DNA of 64,000 bases from Podarcis pityusensis (Eukaryota): assembly GCA_964106645.2 (NCBI GenBank), contig OZ067042.1; one strand, written 5' to 3'. The position numbers and the translations under genes were made by a program. The notes under the pieces are model-generated. The model saw nothing but the letters and a program-made list of their open reading frames with translations, was not told where the DNA came from and made no database searches. Below are positions 25,401 through 37,100 of the stretch, one piece after another; the stretch's first letter is position 1; each line of letters starts with the position of its first letter.

Positions 25401-28400
25401 ATGAAAGTATGTGAAAAGGTCCAGCATAAAGGAACAACATCTTATAATGAAGTTGCAGATGAGCTGGTATCGGATTTTACAAACTCTAATGGCCACTTAG
25501 CTACAGATTCAGTAAGTAGAAAGTAACATTCATACACATCTAATATTTTGCAACCCACTTGTTCCTCTATAATCAAATTAAAATATTATGTGTAAACTAT
25601 CAAGGGCTTGAGGAGACCAGTGCTCTTTCCACCCCACCCTCAATTTTCTTCCCTACCCCACTTTTGCTGAAACACTTACCAATCTATTCCTCAGCTATTT
25701 TCAGTCATAGATTGACATAATAAACTTGTACAGTCTGTCCGGCTTCAGTTTCCTTTAGAGCTGTCTGTCTGTCTCTCTCTGATTCAATTGCTGTCAACAT
25801 TCTGTAAGCCCTGGGACCTCACATGTGCTTGTTAGCCCATTTTCAGCTTTTGAATCCCTCCTCTCTCTCCCCTACACCTGCCCCATGAATTTACAAACTT
25901 GTATACTTTTGCAGTTCTTGTGACTCTTCGAAGTAGATGGGAACCATTCCCTTATTTTGGAGCAATCCTATTTTAGCTTTAGACTAGCTGCTGTTGTGAA
26001 ATCTTACCATTAGGAAATTGTGATTGTGAAATCTCATGGTCCAAGGGTGAGTAGAGGAGCGCTCCTCTCGCCACCCATGATTGCCCTGCCAGGTTCAAGG
26101 AGCAGAGTGGCTGCAGCTCTGCAACACCTGTGAGCGGGGGAGACATGATTGTATGGGGAGTAATGATGCAGGTGGCAGTGAGGTGGCGGGAGATGTAGCC
26201 ACCTTTTGGAAGCTTCTGCTGAGCCCAAATTAGAAAAGTATGAGCAGATATAGAAAGGGGAAGAATGCAGCAGTCACAGAGCTTGGACGTATTTAAACTG
26301 CTTTAATATTCAACATCAGTTGACGTGTTAGCTTTCTCAATTTTTCATGGTTTAGTCTAGCAATCTATAGATTAAAACATATGTTTTATTGCCCTTTCAG
26401 TCTGTTCAAATGTTGCCTTATGTTTTTAATAAAAAAGACATGCTTATAACGTGGCATTTTCAAAAATTCAGTACTCTAATAATTCTGTAATCAAACTTGC
26501 AAATGTTGTTCTTACGGCTAGTTAGGTAATAAATTGGACCTCTCTTGGCCCCTGTTCAGCTTTGGATATAATCAAGGCAACTTTTTGCATGATATTTTTC
26601 CTATTTTGTATACTTTTTTCAATTATGTAGTTCTGAGCATGTAAATACTTAAAGAGACAATATTCACATTAATTTATATATGCCTTTTCCACATTCCTGT
26701 GGAAGAATATGAGATATGTATGTGATTGGGAAGGAGAACCACCACTGGTTTGATATTGTATATATCTTGGTTTTCTACAAGCTTTGCCCGTAAATATTAG
26801 TTATAGTGTTCACATTAATGTCCTGCCTGCAGTGAAACCTTTATATGCGTTTTAAAATGATTTAATACTGTTTTTCATACCTGTAGTGAGCTGATGATAT
26901 ATTTAACAGTATTGCATTTTAAACAGGTTTATGATCAGAAGAATATTAGGCGGAGAGTTTATGATGCCCTCAATGTATTGATGGCGATGAACATTATTTC
27001 AAAGGAGAAAAAAGAAATCAAATGGATAGGTCTTCCTACAAACTCGGCTCAAGAATGTCAAAACCTTGAAGTGAGTGAGGGGTGTAAAATTTATATTGGC
27101 AAACATTGTATTTTCTGTGTATAAAATGGAGACACATGAATTCTACTTTAAGTAGAGTGATTCTATATAAATTATGAGTATGAGTGCTATCTGTGTGGGC
27201 CCCACACCAACCAAAAAAATATAGAAGTTTATTAATCTTTACATACTGTTTTTATAGATGCATAATAAAATCTTAGTCTTAAGAAATATACTGTAAACTG
27301 CTCTGGAATATTAATTTTAGGGCAGCTTTAAAAGGAAACTAAACAATAAACAGTAACTTCAAAATATAATAGTTTTTATACCTAAGTCCCAATCAGAATT
27401 GCAGTGTTCTGGTTAGCTGCCCCATGTTAAAGTATTGTCTCATTTTTAACTTCAACTTTGCTGACTTCCCTACTTGATTGATGCAGCACGAAAGGTTCTG
27501 ATGGCATCTGAAGTGCATCTGACGATTTTGCAGCATATGTCCTATATGCTGCGATTCAGGTTCCCTAAAACAGTCATGAAGCAGTTTCACCTTGGCCCAG
27601 AGGAAAAGACACTTCTGTGTATTTATCTACTGTTTTGTATCTTTCTTTTCATATTTGTATTTAAGATAGAGAAACAACGACGTATAGAACGTATAAAACA
27701 GAAGAGAGCTCAGCTGCAAGAACTTATACTTCAGGTATATTTTTCAAATGTATGATATCACTTAAATCCATTGGGGGGGTGTTCAGCTAACTCACAGTAG
27801 GCTTGTTGAAATTAATGGACCTAACTTAGTCATGTTCATTAAATTCAGTCAGTCTACTCTGAGTAAAACTTTGTTGAATGCACTGCATGTTGTTTACTAG
27901 TGTTAAGTGGTGTGGTTTTAATATATATATATATGCATTTTAAACTAGCAGAGTACATACTTCAATGTTTCCTTCAGCTGTAAACTAAAATAAGTTTGCC
28001 TTTTGAAAAGCAGCCTGTCTCATAATACAGCAAATAAATGTTCAAAGGAATCTGTAACAAACCAGTATGAACACAGAAGTCATTCCCTGTCTAGCATCAC
28101 AGAAAATCAGTGACATTTTCTGATTTAACCTACATTTGTTTATCAAAATCTGCAGTAATACTAAAATTTAAGCTTCTCAGTGCTTCATCTAATACTAAAA
28201 CAATTCTCATTTTCTGACACAATAATCTAGGACAGGTTTTGTTACGTGTTTTAAAATTTGATAATTTTCATTTCCTTCTACAGCAAATTGCTTTCAAAAA
28301 TTTGGTACAAAGAAATCAACAAAATGAACAACAGACTCAGGGTGCTCCAGCTTTAAATTCTACAATACAACTGCCTTTTCTAGTAATAAACACAAGCAAA

Positions 28401-31400
28401 AGTACCGTCATAGATTGCAGCATCTCTCCTGACAAGTGAGTGTGATATGAAAGTACATGCTGTAGTGTTGAGTGCTTTGTAGTAAGCCTAAGAAACTTTT
28501 TTTCTAAATAAAAAAAATCAATTTGCCACCAGATTTTACCCATTTCTCTCCCAATTCATGTTGAGTTTTTTATGTTTGGTCCACCTGATGAGGAAGACCT
28601 CTGTGTTGAAACACTTTTGATATTGTATAGGATTTGACCTGCTAAGATGTTGTTATCAGTATATTGGTATTTGTGATTATTTTTGAAATAAAGATTTTTA
28701 ATTTTTTAAAAATAGTACATTTTCCCCTTTCACTTTGTTTTTGGCTGTTGGTCATGCTGGCCAGAAGGCACCACCACACTTACTGTGGTAAGCAGAATTG
28801 TTGACGCCTGGTTTTATATTCAAATTTGTGTTATAAAAACTTTCATAATAAAGCTGGCTAACAACAAAGTATCTTGTTTCTGGAACAGCTTCTCTAGTAG
28901 CAATTATAAGCTGTCCTATAAGTTATTTTTATGAATTTTATACGGCTAAAGGACCTAAGTAGGGATGAAATACACTTAAAATGCATTTGGTGGGCAGGAA
29001 GGGGGGCACTGAATTTGAGTGAGGAGTTTGTAGATGACCTTTAAAATCCATTTGGTTTAGTACAAGAAAAGATTTTGGCTTAAGCAAGATTTCCCCTCAA
29101 CTTTGAATCTGTTTAATGAGGGGGGAAAGTTTATGGACTCCTATTGCCTCGCATGGAAAAAGTGTTTTTAATTGGGGAAATATAATAATTTGTACCCTGC
29201 TGAGATGGCAGTTGACCAGATGCAATCAGAAGCACTTTCTGTACCTAGTTATGTTTTAAATATAGCTTTGACTCATGAAGTAATCCTGCAAGTGTAATTG
29301 TATTTGGGCACTTATTAACATATAATTTAGAAAATGCATCTAAGCTGTACTAGGAAATCTCACTCATTTTTCCCCTCTTACAGATTTGAATACCTTTTTA
29401 ATTTTGATAGCACTTTTGAGATCCATGATGACACTGAAGTATTAAAGCGAATGGGAATGTCACTTGGCCTAGAGACAGGCAAATGCTCATCGGCAGACCT
29501 AAGAGCTGCTAAATCACTAGTGCCTAAAGCTTTAGAAAGCTATGTCACAGGTAAGGCTGTGGTTTTTGCATGTTGCTGATTAAATGCAAATCCTCACCAT
29601 CGTGAAGAATTTCTAATGATGTCAGACTGCATGAAGATGGCAATACTGAGTGATTTATGAAAGTTGGCAGTATTGTACAAACTAAATCACAGGTTTAAAA
29701 GTAGTCATCTGCAACTAGAGATTCCAGAACTTGTAAATAAACCAAAGTGCTTGAATGGTGTACTATTCAAAGTAGTGCCATTAATAATTCCTGCTGTCAC
29801 CCTGCTATTTCAAACTAAGGGAGTGTCTACATATTTTTAAAGTCCTGTGAAAAAGTATGCTGCACAGTTTCAGTAAAGGTATCTAGCAAATGTATTGACG
29901 ATCAAGGGGCTGTTTCTGGCTACAGAATCTCTCTTAGTGGAACGATACTTGAAGTGGCTTGCTACACACAGTCACAAAATAGATAAGCTAAAGAACCACT
30001 TTAAACAATTTGTGACATAGGCAGAGCAGATTATGTTATACTTTAAACCAGCCTTCTCCAATCTGGTGCCCTCAAGATATTGTTGAACTACAATTTTCAC
30101 TGCCCCAGACTATTTGCTTTGCTAAGGGGCAGCAGGCACACCAAATAAGGAATATTATTGTGGTGACCAAGCCTTCTTTAAACACAAAATAGGTTGCTGC
30201 CAAAAAGGTGCCTGGTGCTCATCACCCTGAAAGTGACAGGCTTTCCTTCTTTGAAAGGAGGACTGTAGAGCACAGAGGGAGTCATGTGAGTATATGTGAG
30301 CTACTCTTGGAAGCTGCTCTCCTCCCCCTGCATGCTGTTCCGGGGTTTTCCTCGAAACCCCCCTATGCCGAATTTTGCAGCTTGTTGAGAGGAGAGTGGG
30401 AGAAAACCCCATTGGGCAAGTGGCTTCCACTGATGAGATTGGCTAGGTGAATCCCAACCCATTGTGTTCCCAGAGAAATTTTCCTTGTTTAGTGAATATA
30501 ACCACCTTTTTTACACTAACATATGCATAATTTTTTAGAGTAACACAAAACATATTTTAAAGCTGCAAATGGCAAATCTTATGTTTCGTCTTTCTTTTCA
30601 GTGATAGTTTCAATATTTCTTAGGACTTTTGATTGTCCTTATGAACAGGGAGCAATATGGGGATTTATTTTTTTTATCATTCTCTTTGCAAACAGCTATT
30701 TCAAAGGACTCCTATCTGTTCTCTTAATCATAACATAATTACGCAATGTAAAGTTGTGGCTAGATCTGTCTAATCTGCATAGTTACAGAAACCAGAGGCC
30801 TATACAAACAAAGTATCTGATTTAAATGTGTGTTGTACAAATTTTCAGGGAGAGGATCGCAGTAAGATTCTTACTGCTTTCTGAACAGCCTCTACTTGTT
30901 TTGTTAAACATAATATGTTCTTCCTTTCAAGGACTGCAAGGTAGTAAAATGTTTAAAATAAGCATTTACGTTCCTATTCTTATGGCTCATTAATAACAAA
31001 AAATGGTGTTGTGTTCATTCCTCTTTAAAAGTTATTCGCTAATAATATCTTGATGTTCTGAGCCTCTAGGTCTTGCATCTTTGAACATAGAGAAGCAAGC
31101 TTCCAACTTTAATCACACCTAAACAGGATTTCCAGTATCCCAAATGGCAACTTTATTCTGACAGTCAATGAGCTATTGTATTGTTTAAACTAAAGCACCA
31201 AATTGAACATGGAAAAATGGGATGTTGTAGAGTTTGCTTATACCAAAACCCCATTAAGTAGAGCAGTAATACTGCAATGATTTCATCATCTGGATCTCTA
31301 TATTCAAGGGTATAAATACTTCAATTGAGCACTTATATTTCCTCATGGATGCTTGAATAAACTTGAGATGTTGAATGTTGGATAGTTGAACTTGCCTCTA

Positions 31401-34125
31401 TTGTATTTCTCCCTATCTTCACTGTACTATCTAGAAAGGGTTAATGAGTGAACAAGCTAAGATAATCTCTTAGTTCCATCTGTCTGAGTGTATAGAGGGC
31501 CTTGTCTTCTGCTTTAAAATTTCCTCAGCTAAAAATAATGCCAACTTTAATTTACCACTGGTACCATTTTACCAGTGTACCTGAAAGATTAACTTGCCCT
31601 CTTGTTGGAACAGCCAAAGTACACTAGACCCATGCAAATAGTCCATTGCGCTGGCACTTCAAAGACTCTCCAGATAATTTGCTACACTAGATCTATGATG
31701 TCATTTTACATTTAAAGGGATTTTCCTTAGATAATTAGGGGAGGCTTTAACTCAAATAGTCACCTAGCTTGTTGTATTTTTAAGTTGATCAGTCAACACT
31801 TTTGTTCTCTAAAATGCTCTGGATGATTCAGCCTTTCCAGGTTGAAGTTTGTTTTTACCATGCAAGAACTATCAATCTAGAAAGCTAACTTGCATATATT
31901 TTTGATAGGCTTAAAGCTATCCCCCCCCCAAAAAAATTGCCTAGCATGTGGGACACACCACTAATATGATAACATGGGAAACAGAACAGAAAGCCGGGGA
32001 GGGGGGGGGGGAACGGTGTGCAATAAACTCAGATCATCAAACTCCTGTTTGCAAGATTCAGGCATTCCTACTTGGCCATAACGGAGAGAAGCTGGTGCCA
32101 ATTCTTACTAGAAATAGACCACAAAATAACAACTAGCTTTTTATATAACGTATAGCTAATTACTTACTTTATCCCCTCAAATACTGTTTTTCTGAGACAT
32201 TTTAATACATATTGCCCTTGTAAGCATATATGTGTTTCATACTGGTAACATACCAAGTACTCTACAGAAAATAGACATGTATGTCTCTGCTCCCATTGCC
32301 AGTCCCTAAACTCTCTCACACAACATGAGAAAAGGATTAGATGGTGCTAGGGAAGAGACTGAGCCACATGTATCCCTTCAACTTCAAAAGGCTTGGTGGA
32401 ATCAGTTCAATGACTGCAGAATAGACTAAAAGGTGAAATTTTCAGGATTCCAGACATGTAGCTTGGTGCATGGGCATGCCTCAAGAGAATAAAAAAGTAT
32501 GTTCCTGTACAGGAAAAGTATTGACCATTTGTTGTTGCATGTTTACTCCACATACATGTTATGTGTTGAGTTGTAATTGACTAAATGCTTTCTTTTAGAT
32601 ATGTCTACAGGAATTTACTGCTTGAACCAGGGGCTAGTTTTAAATTCAGCTCAAGCAGGTTCTGCTTTGGCCACAGCTGGGAATACTGCTCTTTTTAAGT
32701 CAAGGTAAGTAAGCAGGACGCATGTGGCGCTGTGGTCTGAACCACAGAGCCTAGGGCTTGCCGATCAGAAAGTCGGCGGTTCAAATCCCTGTGACGGGGT
32801 GAGCTCCCATTGCTCGGTCCCTGCTCCTGCCAACCTAGCAGTTCGAAAGCACGTCAAAGTGCAAGTAGATAAATAAGTACCACTCCGGCAGGAAGGTAAA
32901 CGGCATTTCCGTGCACTGCTCTGGTTTGCCAGAAGTGGCTTAGTCATGCTGGCCACATGACCCAGAAGCTGTACACCGGCTCCCTTGGCCAGTAAAGCGA
33001 GATGAGCGCCGCAGCCCCAGAGTTGTCCGCGACTGGACATAACTGTCAGGGGTCCCTTTACCTTTTACCTAAGTAAATGTTGAATGGATGGCTTCTTTTT
33101 ATGTTATTAAGAAACTACAATTGCCTTCTGGGAAAAGTGAGCCCTGAGCCTTTATTTCTTGTTAAATTCTCCCAAGCAGATACTGGGTTGATGCTCTTCA
33201 AGTCAAGACACCCTGATTTTTGTTACATCTCTGTTGATCACCTTTTGCTATATACATTTCTGAAGTAATCGCTGAACTGTGATTGGGGTTTAAGATTAAT
33301 GTGTTCATGGGTTTAAGATTAAGTAGGGTTCTAGATTAGGATGACTGGAAAAAGTGAAATTACTTATTTAAAGCCACAGATCCCATTTTATGAAGGATTT
33401 GCTCACATACGCATGGACATCACTTTCTCCTTGGTTGATTTACTCATGATTTGATAGCTTTTATTAGACCAATCAAAATACCACAAAATAGTGCACAAGC
33501 TTTCTAATTCTTTATCAGGCTGCATGGTAAACAGACCTGAAGGAGTGGGAGGGATCTCGGCCAATGCAACACTGAGTATGCATCTGGTGAGGAGAGTATT
33601 ATGCCAGAATTTGGGAGGAGGTAGCCTGTGTTCAGATGAGGCCCTTTATATGCTGTAGACTTCAGATTGCAGCAAGGCCTGCTGGCAACAAGAATTAACA
33701 ATGGCACAACATTAGATTAGGTTTAGCATACTAGTATTCTGTTTGAAAGTTCTGTCTGTAGAAACTAAACAAATCCATAATGTCTTAATCACACATGCAA
33801 CACTGAGATTGATTCTAATGTTGAGATGCATACCTGCATGTGTTAACCAAACCTACAACAGTACAGCTTAGAGGAATGCAGTTTTAAGTATCAAGTTGTT
33901 AAATAGGAGCCAGTTCTCTCAAGCAGATTTTTTTGCTTCTTTAATAGTGGAAATCCAGGGTTGTGTCTAGATTCTGAAGTGGTCTTAGCAACAGGCCAGC
34001 TGCTGGCTCCCAGCAGCCAACAGTCCAGCAGTGCAACATCACACTACTCAGAGTCACGTGGTGAAACCCCCTGTTCCTTCAATGATGAGGATGAGGATGA
34101 AGACGACTCTTCTTCACCAGAATAA
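5900..34125 (+). CDS. TFDP2: Transcription factor Dp-2, spliced CDS: join(5900..5924,13671..13774,19847..19968,24101..24148,25349..25511,26927..27070,27666..27734,28284..28435,29384..29550,32599..32704,33948..34125), 1278 nt = 425 aa + stop. The first exon is less certain; the internal ATG at 13772 gives a 383-aa form
   Basis: All introns are GT-AG with compatible phases. The translation contains the DP hallmarks [14 protein letters not shown], the DEF box [20 protein letters not shown], the coiled-coil/marked box and the acidic tail [20 protein letters not shown]. The E-region exon, the IISTPQRLT segment and adjacency to ATP1B3 indicate DP-2 rather than DP-1. Confidence 0.95.
13340..13484 (+). 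mobile_element. Old MIR/CORE-like SINE relic
   Basis: CTAGGTGGTCTAGGGCAAGTC...CCTGCCTCACAGAGTTGTGAGGGTAAA resembles the CORE-SINE body. Confidence 0.5.
13671..13774 (+). CDS. TFDP2: TFDP2 coding exon ([34 protein letters not shown])
   Basis: ttttttag acceptor, ATG|GTAAGT donor; resembles the mammalian DP-2 segment NISFVAFPVSNTNSPTKILPKTLGPINVNVGPQM. Confidence 0.9.
15830..16262 (-). mobile_element. CR1 LINE fragment
   Basis: CCAGAACTGTACACAGTATTTCAAGTG and GCCTTTTCACAGATGCCACACACTGGG are reverse-strand CR1 RT motifs; degenerate. Confidence 0.7.
18980..19415 (+). mobile_element. CR1 LINE 3' fragment
   Basis: AGTCAGCAGTGCAGTGCAGCAGCT...GCAATTCTAGGTTGCATCAACAG...GTCCAGAGGAGAG...CTTCCAACTCTGATTCT tail. 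Confidence 0.75.
19525..19750. mobile_element. Tc1/mariner (Tigger/pogo-like) MITE
   Basis: TIR CAGTGGTACCT...AGGTACCACTG flanked by TA on both sides (19523-24, 19751-52); same family as 45258-45446. Confidence 0.9.
19847..19968 (+). CDS. TFDP2: TFDP2 coding exon ([41 protein letters not shown])
   Basis: AG/GT boundaries, 122 nt, strong similarity to DP-2. Confidence 0.95.
20870..22060 (-). mobile_element. CR1 LINE fragment(s), RT region
   Basis: CATTGAATTGCATTTGGCATTTTATTGCCCATTCAAC and GATTTATGAACAAGTTAAAAAGGACAGGTCCCAATATTGATCCTTGAGGGACCCCAC read as a degenerate reverse-strand SGVPQGS.LGP.LF..FIND RT motif. Confidence 0.8.
22406..22451. repeat. (AAT)n microsatellite, ~15 units, tail of a retroposon
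   Basis: Direct reading. Confidence 0.95.
22406..22790 (-). mobile_element. L2-type LINE 3' end relic(s)
   Basis: (TTA)n tail then CTCTGGGCGGCTCCCAACAGAATATTAAAAACACG, shared with 45181-45495; further L2-like sequence to CCCCATCCAGAACAGGC. Confidence 0.6.
24101..24148 (+). CDS. TFDP2: TFDP2 48-nt E-region exon ([16 protein letters not shown])
   Basis: tttacag acceptor, AG|GTTTGT donor, frame-preserving 16 codons; corresponds to the alternatively spliced NLS-containing E region of DP-2/DP-3. Confidence 0.92.
25349..25511 (+). CDS. TFDP2: TFDP2 coding exon, winged-helix DNA-binding domain N-half
   Basis: [54 protein letters not shown]; AG/GT boundaries. Confidence 0.97.
26927..27070 (+). CDS. 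TFDP2: TFDP2 coding exon, DEF box
   Basis: [48 protein letters not shown]; AG/GT boundaries. Confidence 0.97.
27666..27734 (+). CDS. TFDP2: TFDP2 coding exon, coiled coil
   Basis: [23 protein letters not shown]; AG/GT boundaries. Confidence 0.96.
27778..27883. repeat. Palindromic MITE-like relic
   Basis: CTCACAGTAGGCTTGTTGAAATTAATG mirrored by CATTAAATTCAGTCAGTCTACTCTGAG. Confidence 0.55.
28284..28435 (+). CDS. TFDP2: TFDP2 coding exon, dimerisation domain
   Basis: [51 protein letters not shown]; AG/GT boundaries. Confidence 0.96.
29384..29550 (+). CDS. TFDP2: TFDP2 coding exon, marked-box region
   Basis: [55 protein letters not shown]; AG/GT boundaries. Confidence 0.96.
32599..32704 (+). 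CDS. TFDP2: TFDP2 penultimate coding exon
   Basis: [36 protein letters not shown]; tcttttag acceptor, AAG|GTAAGT donor, phases fit both neighbours. Confidence 0.92.
32715..33070 (+). mobile_element. Sauria SINE (POM-type), full length
   Basis: GGACGCATGTGGCGCTGTGGTCT (A box), GGTTCAAATCC (B box), CCTGCCAACCTAGCAGTTCGAAAGC core, GGGGTCCCTTTACCTTTTACCT tail. Confidence 0.92.
33948..34125 (+). CDS. TFDP2: TFDP2 last coding exon with acidic tail and TAA stop
   Basis: [58 protein letters not shown]. Confidence 0.96.
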
Positions 34126-37100
34126 AGGCACACTAGTCATTTGAAAAACACCTCTTGTGCGCTTAACTCTCTTTACATAGTTTTCTTCCACGTTTTGCCT
34201 CTTTACCCTGTGCAATTTTGTTGAAATTTTGGGAAAGTGTCAGAGACAGGAAGCTGCTTATAACAAGGCACAGTACATTGTACTACTACAGAACAAGAAG
34301 AGAGGATGATTCAGTGCTCATACCTATGCACATCGGAGAGAATGTAGAGCCCTTCAAACAAGCAGATGACCTCTGGTGTGACAGTGTTCTCTTTCATTTG
34401 TACCCAAATCTCATCCAGAGGCAGAATGGATTTCTTCTCCCTGCAACATGTTAATTCCATACTTAAACAGCACTACAGTGACAGACCGTCTGCACTTCCT
34501 GCCAGGACATTCATTTACCCTAGGCCACTTCTCATGCATGGGTTGTTCCTCTTCTGTATGCGTGGAGGGTCAGCTCCTGTGTTTTATGTATTTGTGTTTG
34601 TAGTCCTCACTGCCAGAAAGAAGTTGGAAGTGGTCCTGGTAGCTTGGTTCCATAGGGGCCTCCTGGATCCATGGTGGACTCCTCTGTAAACTGCCAGGCA
34701 ACTTGAGGACCCTCATTAAAGTTTGTGACGGGTAAGAGTGGGATGTCCTTTCCCAATAAGCTTTGAAAGGCACGTGGTTAGTGTGCAACTCCACATCTCC
34801 CCTTCTGGGCCCATATACCGAATAACTGAATTGGCCCGCATTAATTTCCCCTTCACTGTTAGGGGAAAAAACACCTTTCAGAAAGGTCAGAGTGGACAAT
34901 GCACAATTTTTCTTTTTATATCATCATCTGTTGCCTGCTTCTTTTCCCTTACATCACATAAGATGCTAATTAACTCCTCTGCCCAATTGTCAATTTTTTC
35001 TCTCTACAGAACACAGATATTTAAAACCACCGTGCCTCGTAAGACTATGTGACAGGGAAGCTATTGATGTTTTATTCCGGTTGGATAGCTGTGTGAAGAA
35101 GTGGTATACGTTCACAAAGAGACATGTGTTTTCAGCTTGAAATCCTCTGTTTTAACTATTCCAGATTTAGTATTTCATTAGGTTATCATTTTCCCCTTCT
35201 ACTGTCCATTAAGCAGTGAGACAATGCTCACAGCACACCCTGTGCTGCTGCTGCTGCTGTTTTAATTTAGAAATGAAGAAACTGTATTGAAGGAATTTTT
35301 AAATTTTTAAAAGATGACAGTACAAAATACTAAGATTTTAACTGATATGTGACGTTCCCTCACACTTTTTAATGGATAAAGGAAGGTTAAATCATAGCAA
35401 AACTTTTCCCCTTAGAATCTTAAATTACAGTCCTATGAAATCCAAGCAATTTAGTTGACAAGTGTGTTCTGAAATCATAATAAACTTGCTTTCTAAATGT
35501 CTACTAGACCAATGAAATATTATAAATTATTTAAATAAAATACAGCTCTCTTTAGAGAACTAAAAAATGAATTTTTTTGAAGAAACTATTTTGATCTCAG
35601 GTTTTAAAATGATCTATGAAGCCATAATAATCTTTGCTGCAAATCATACAGTGCTGAAAGGGAAATAAGAAACTGGTATCTTCAAGTGTAACAATGGATG
35701 TGAATATATGACTACCGTAATCTAAAGAAGCTTTTTACTTTGATTTTGTGTGTGTGTTAAATGAGGCAGCTTCAGCTGAAAGTACTATGATCTAATTTTG
35801 GGGAAATTATAAAGAATGTTTTAGAGAAGGTATATACTAGGTTTTTTAACTTTCTCATGGTAGGAGATGCATGTCTTTTTAATGTGGATCCATCCATTCA
35901 CTGTAAACACAAGGGTTGGGGGATAAGCTCTACTTAGTAGCTTATCTTTCCAGGTCTTTTCTCCCAGTTGGCTTTTAGTACCAGAAGTAAACTGGTTGGG
36001 AGAAAGGCACTTGAGGGAACAAGTTGAGGACAGGAAGAAGGTCTTGTGAGAAGCTTACCTGCATGCTCCTTTGGCCTTTTAAATCACACCCCCAATTCCC
36101 TGCATTACAAAAAATTGCAGACCCATGTTTATAAAGCTGCTGTTCCACCTTGATCATTTCAGCCTTGTAGCAAATCTCTTTCCTCCCACTCCACTAAACA
36201 ACACACACGCACAAACCTGGCATCACCACATTGCATGCATATATTTATGAATCTATTCCAAAGTAGATTTGTATGGATGCATGGACTTATTGCCATGTCT
36301 TAAGTGCATAATACGGCCTATAACCAGCACAATTACTTATAAGCAGTTTTAGGTCTTAGACATTAAACATATTTAAGGGAAAGGGCGGGGAAATTTTGGC
36401 CCACCGGCTGTTGTTGAACTACCCTGACAGTTAGCTATGCTGGCTAGGACTGATAAGAGTTGTATTCCAACACCTGCTATAGTGGAGGATCACAACTTCC
36501 CCATCTCCCTTTTAGGGCAATACATCTTGAAGTGAATGGTTACCTGAAACTAGGATGGCAGATTATGTGGTTCAAGAGGATGTTTCCCTTACATATTTAC
36601 AGAGACAGTTCAAATTCTGTGCCAGAGAGAGTTTCATTTCATCATTTCTCTTGTTCGTATTTGAAATGATTCACTGTTCTGCCTCTAATTTATTCTGGTT
36701 TTGTTAGAGAGAGGCACAAAGTTAGGAAGGCACTATGGCCCTGCCTCAGCCACTGGAACTCTTGATCCGCAAGATCCAAGCAGGCATTTATCTACAACTT
36801 TCAAGTATGTCAACATAACTAAAAGGGCTGCAAACTTGCTGTTTTGTGTGTGTTTTGATGAGATTTTTGCAAAGCTGAATTTTGTACCCCAGAACCCTAT
36901 TCTGAGATTTGCCCCACAGATGCGCACACATTTTTATGAAATTGGAGCTACACATAACTCTGCCTACATTTGTTCATCAGAGTCCGTGGGATGCTTTTGT
37001 GTCATTAGAGCTCAACCCAGTTCTGCAAAAGCAGCACTTTCATGAAGCATGTTCCTCACACAGCATAACAGAACACTGTTCTCCTGCTCTTCCTCGCTTA

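Noticed and set aside
25420-25432. VQHKG instead of the usual VQRKG in the DNA-binding domain
   Set aside because: Single substitution at a position I recall being variable among DP proteins; the RRxYD recognition motif is intact
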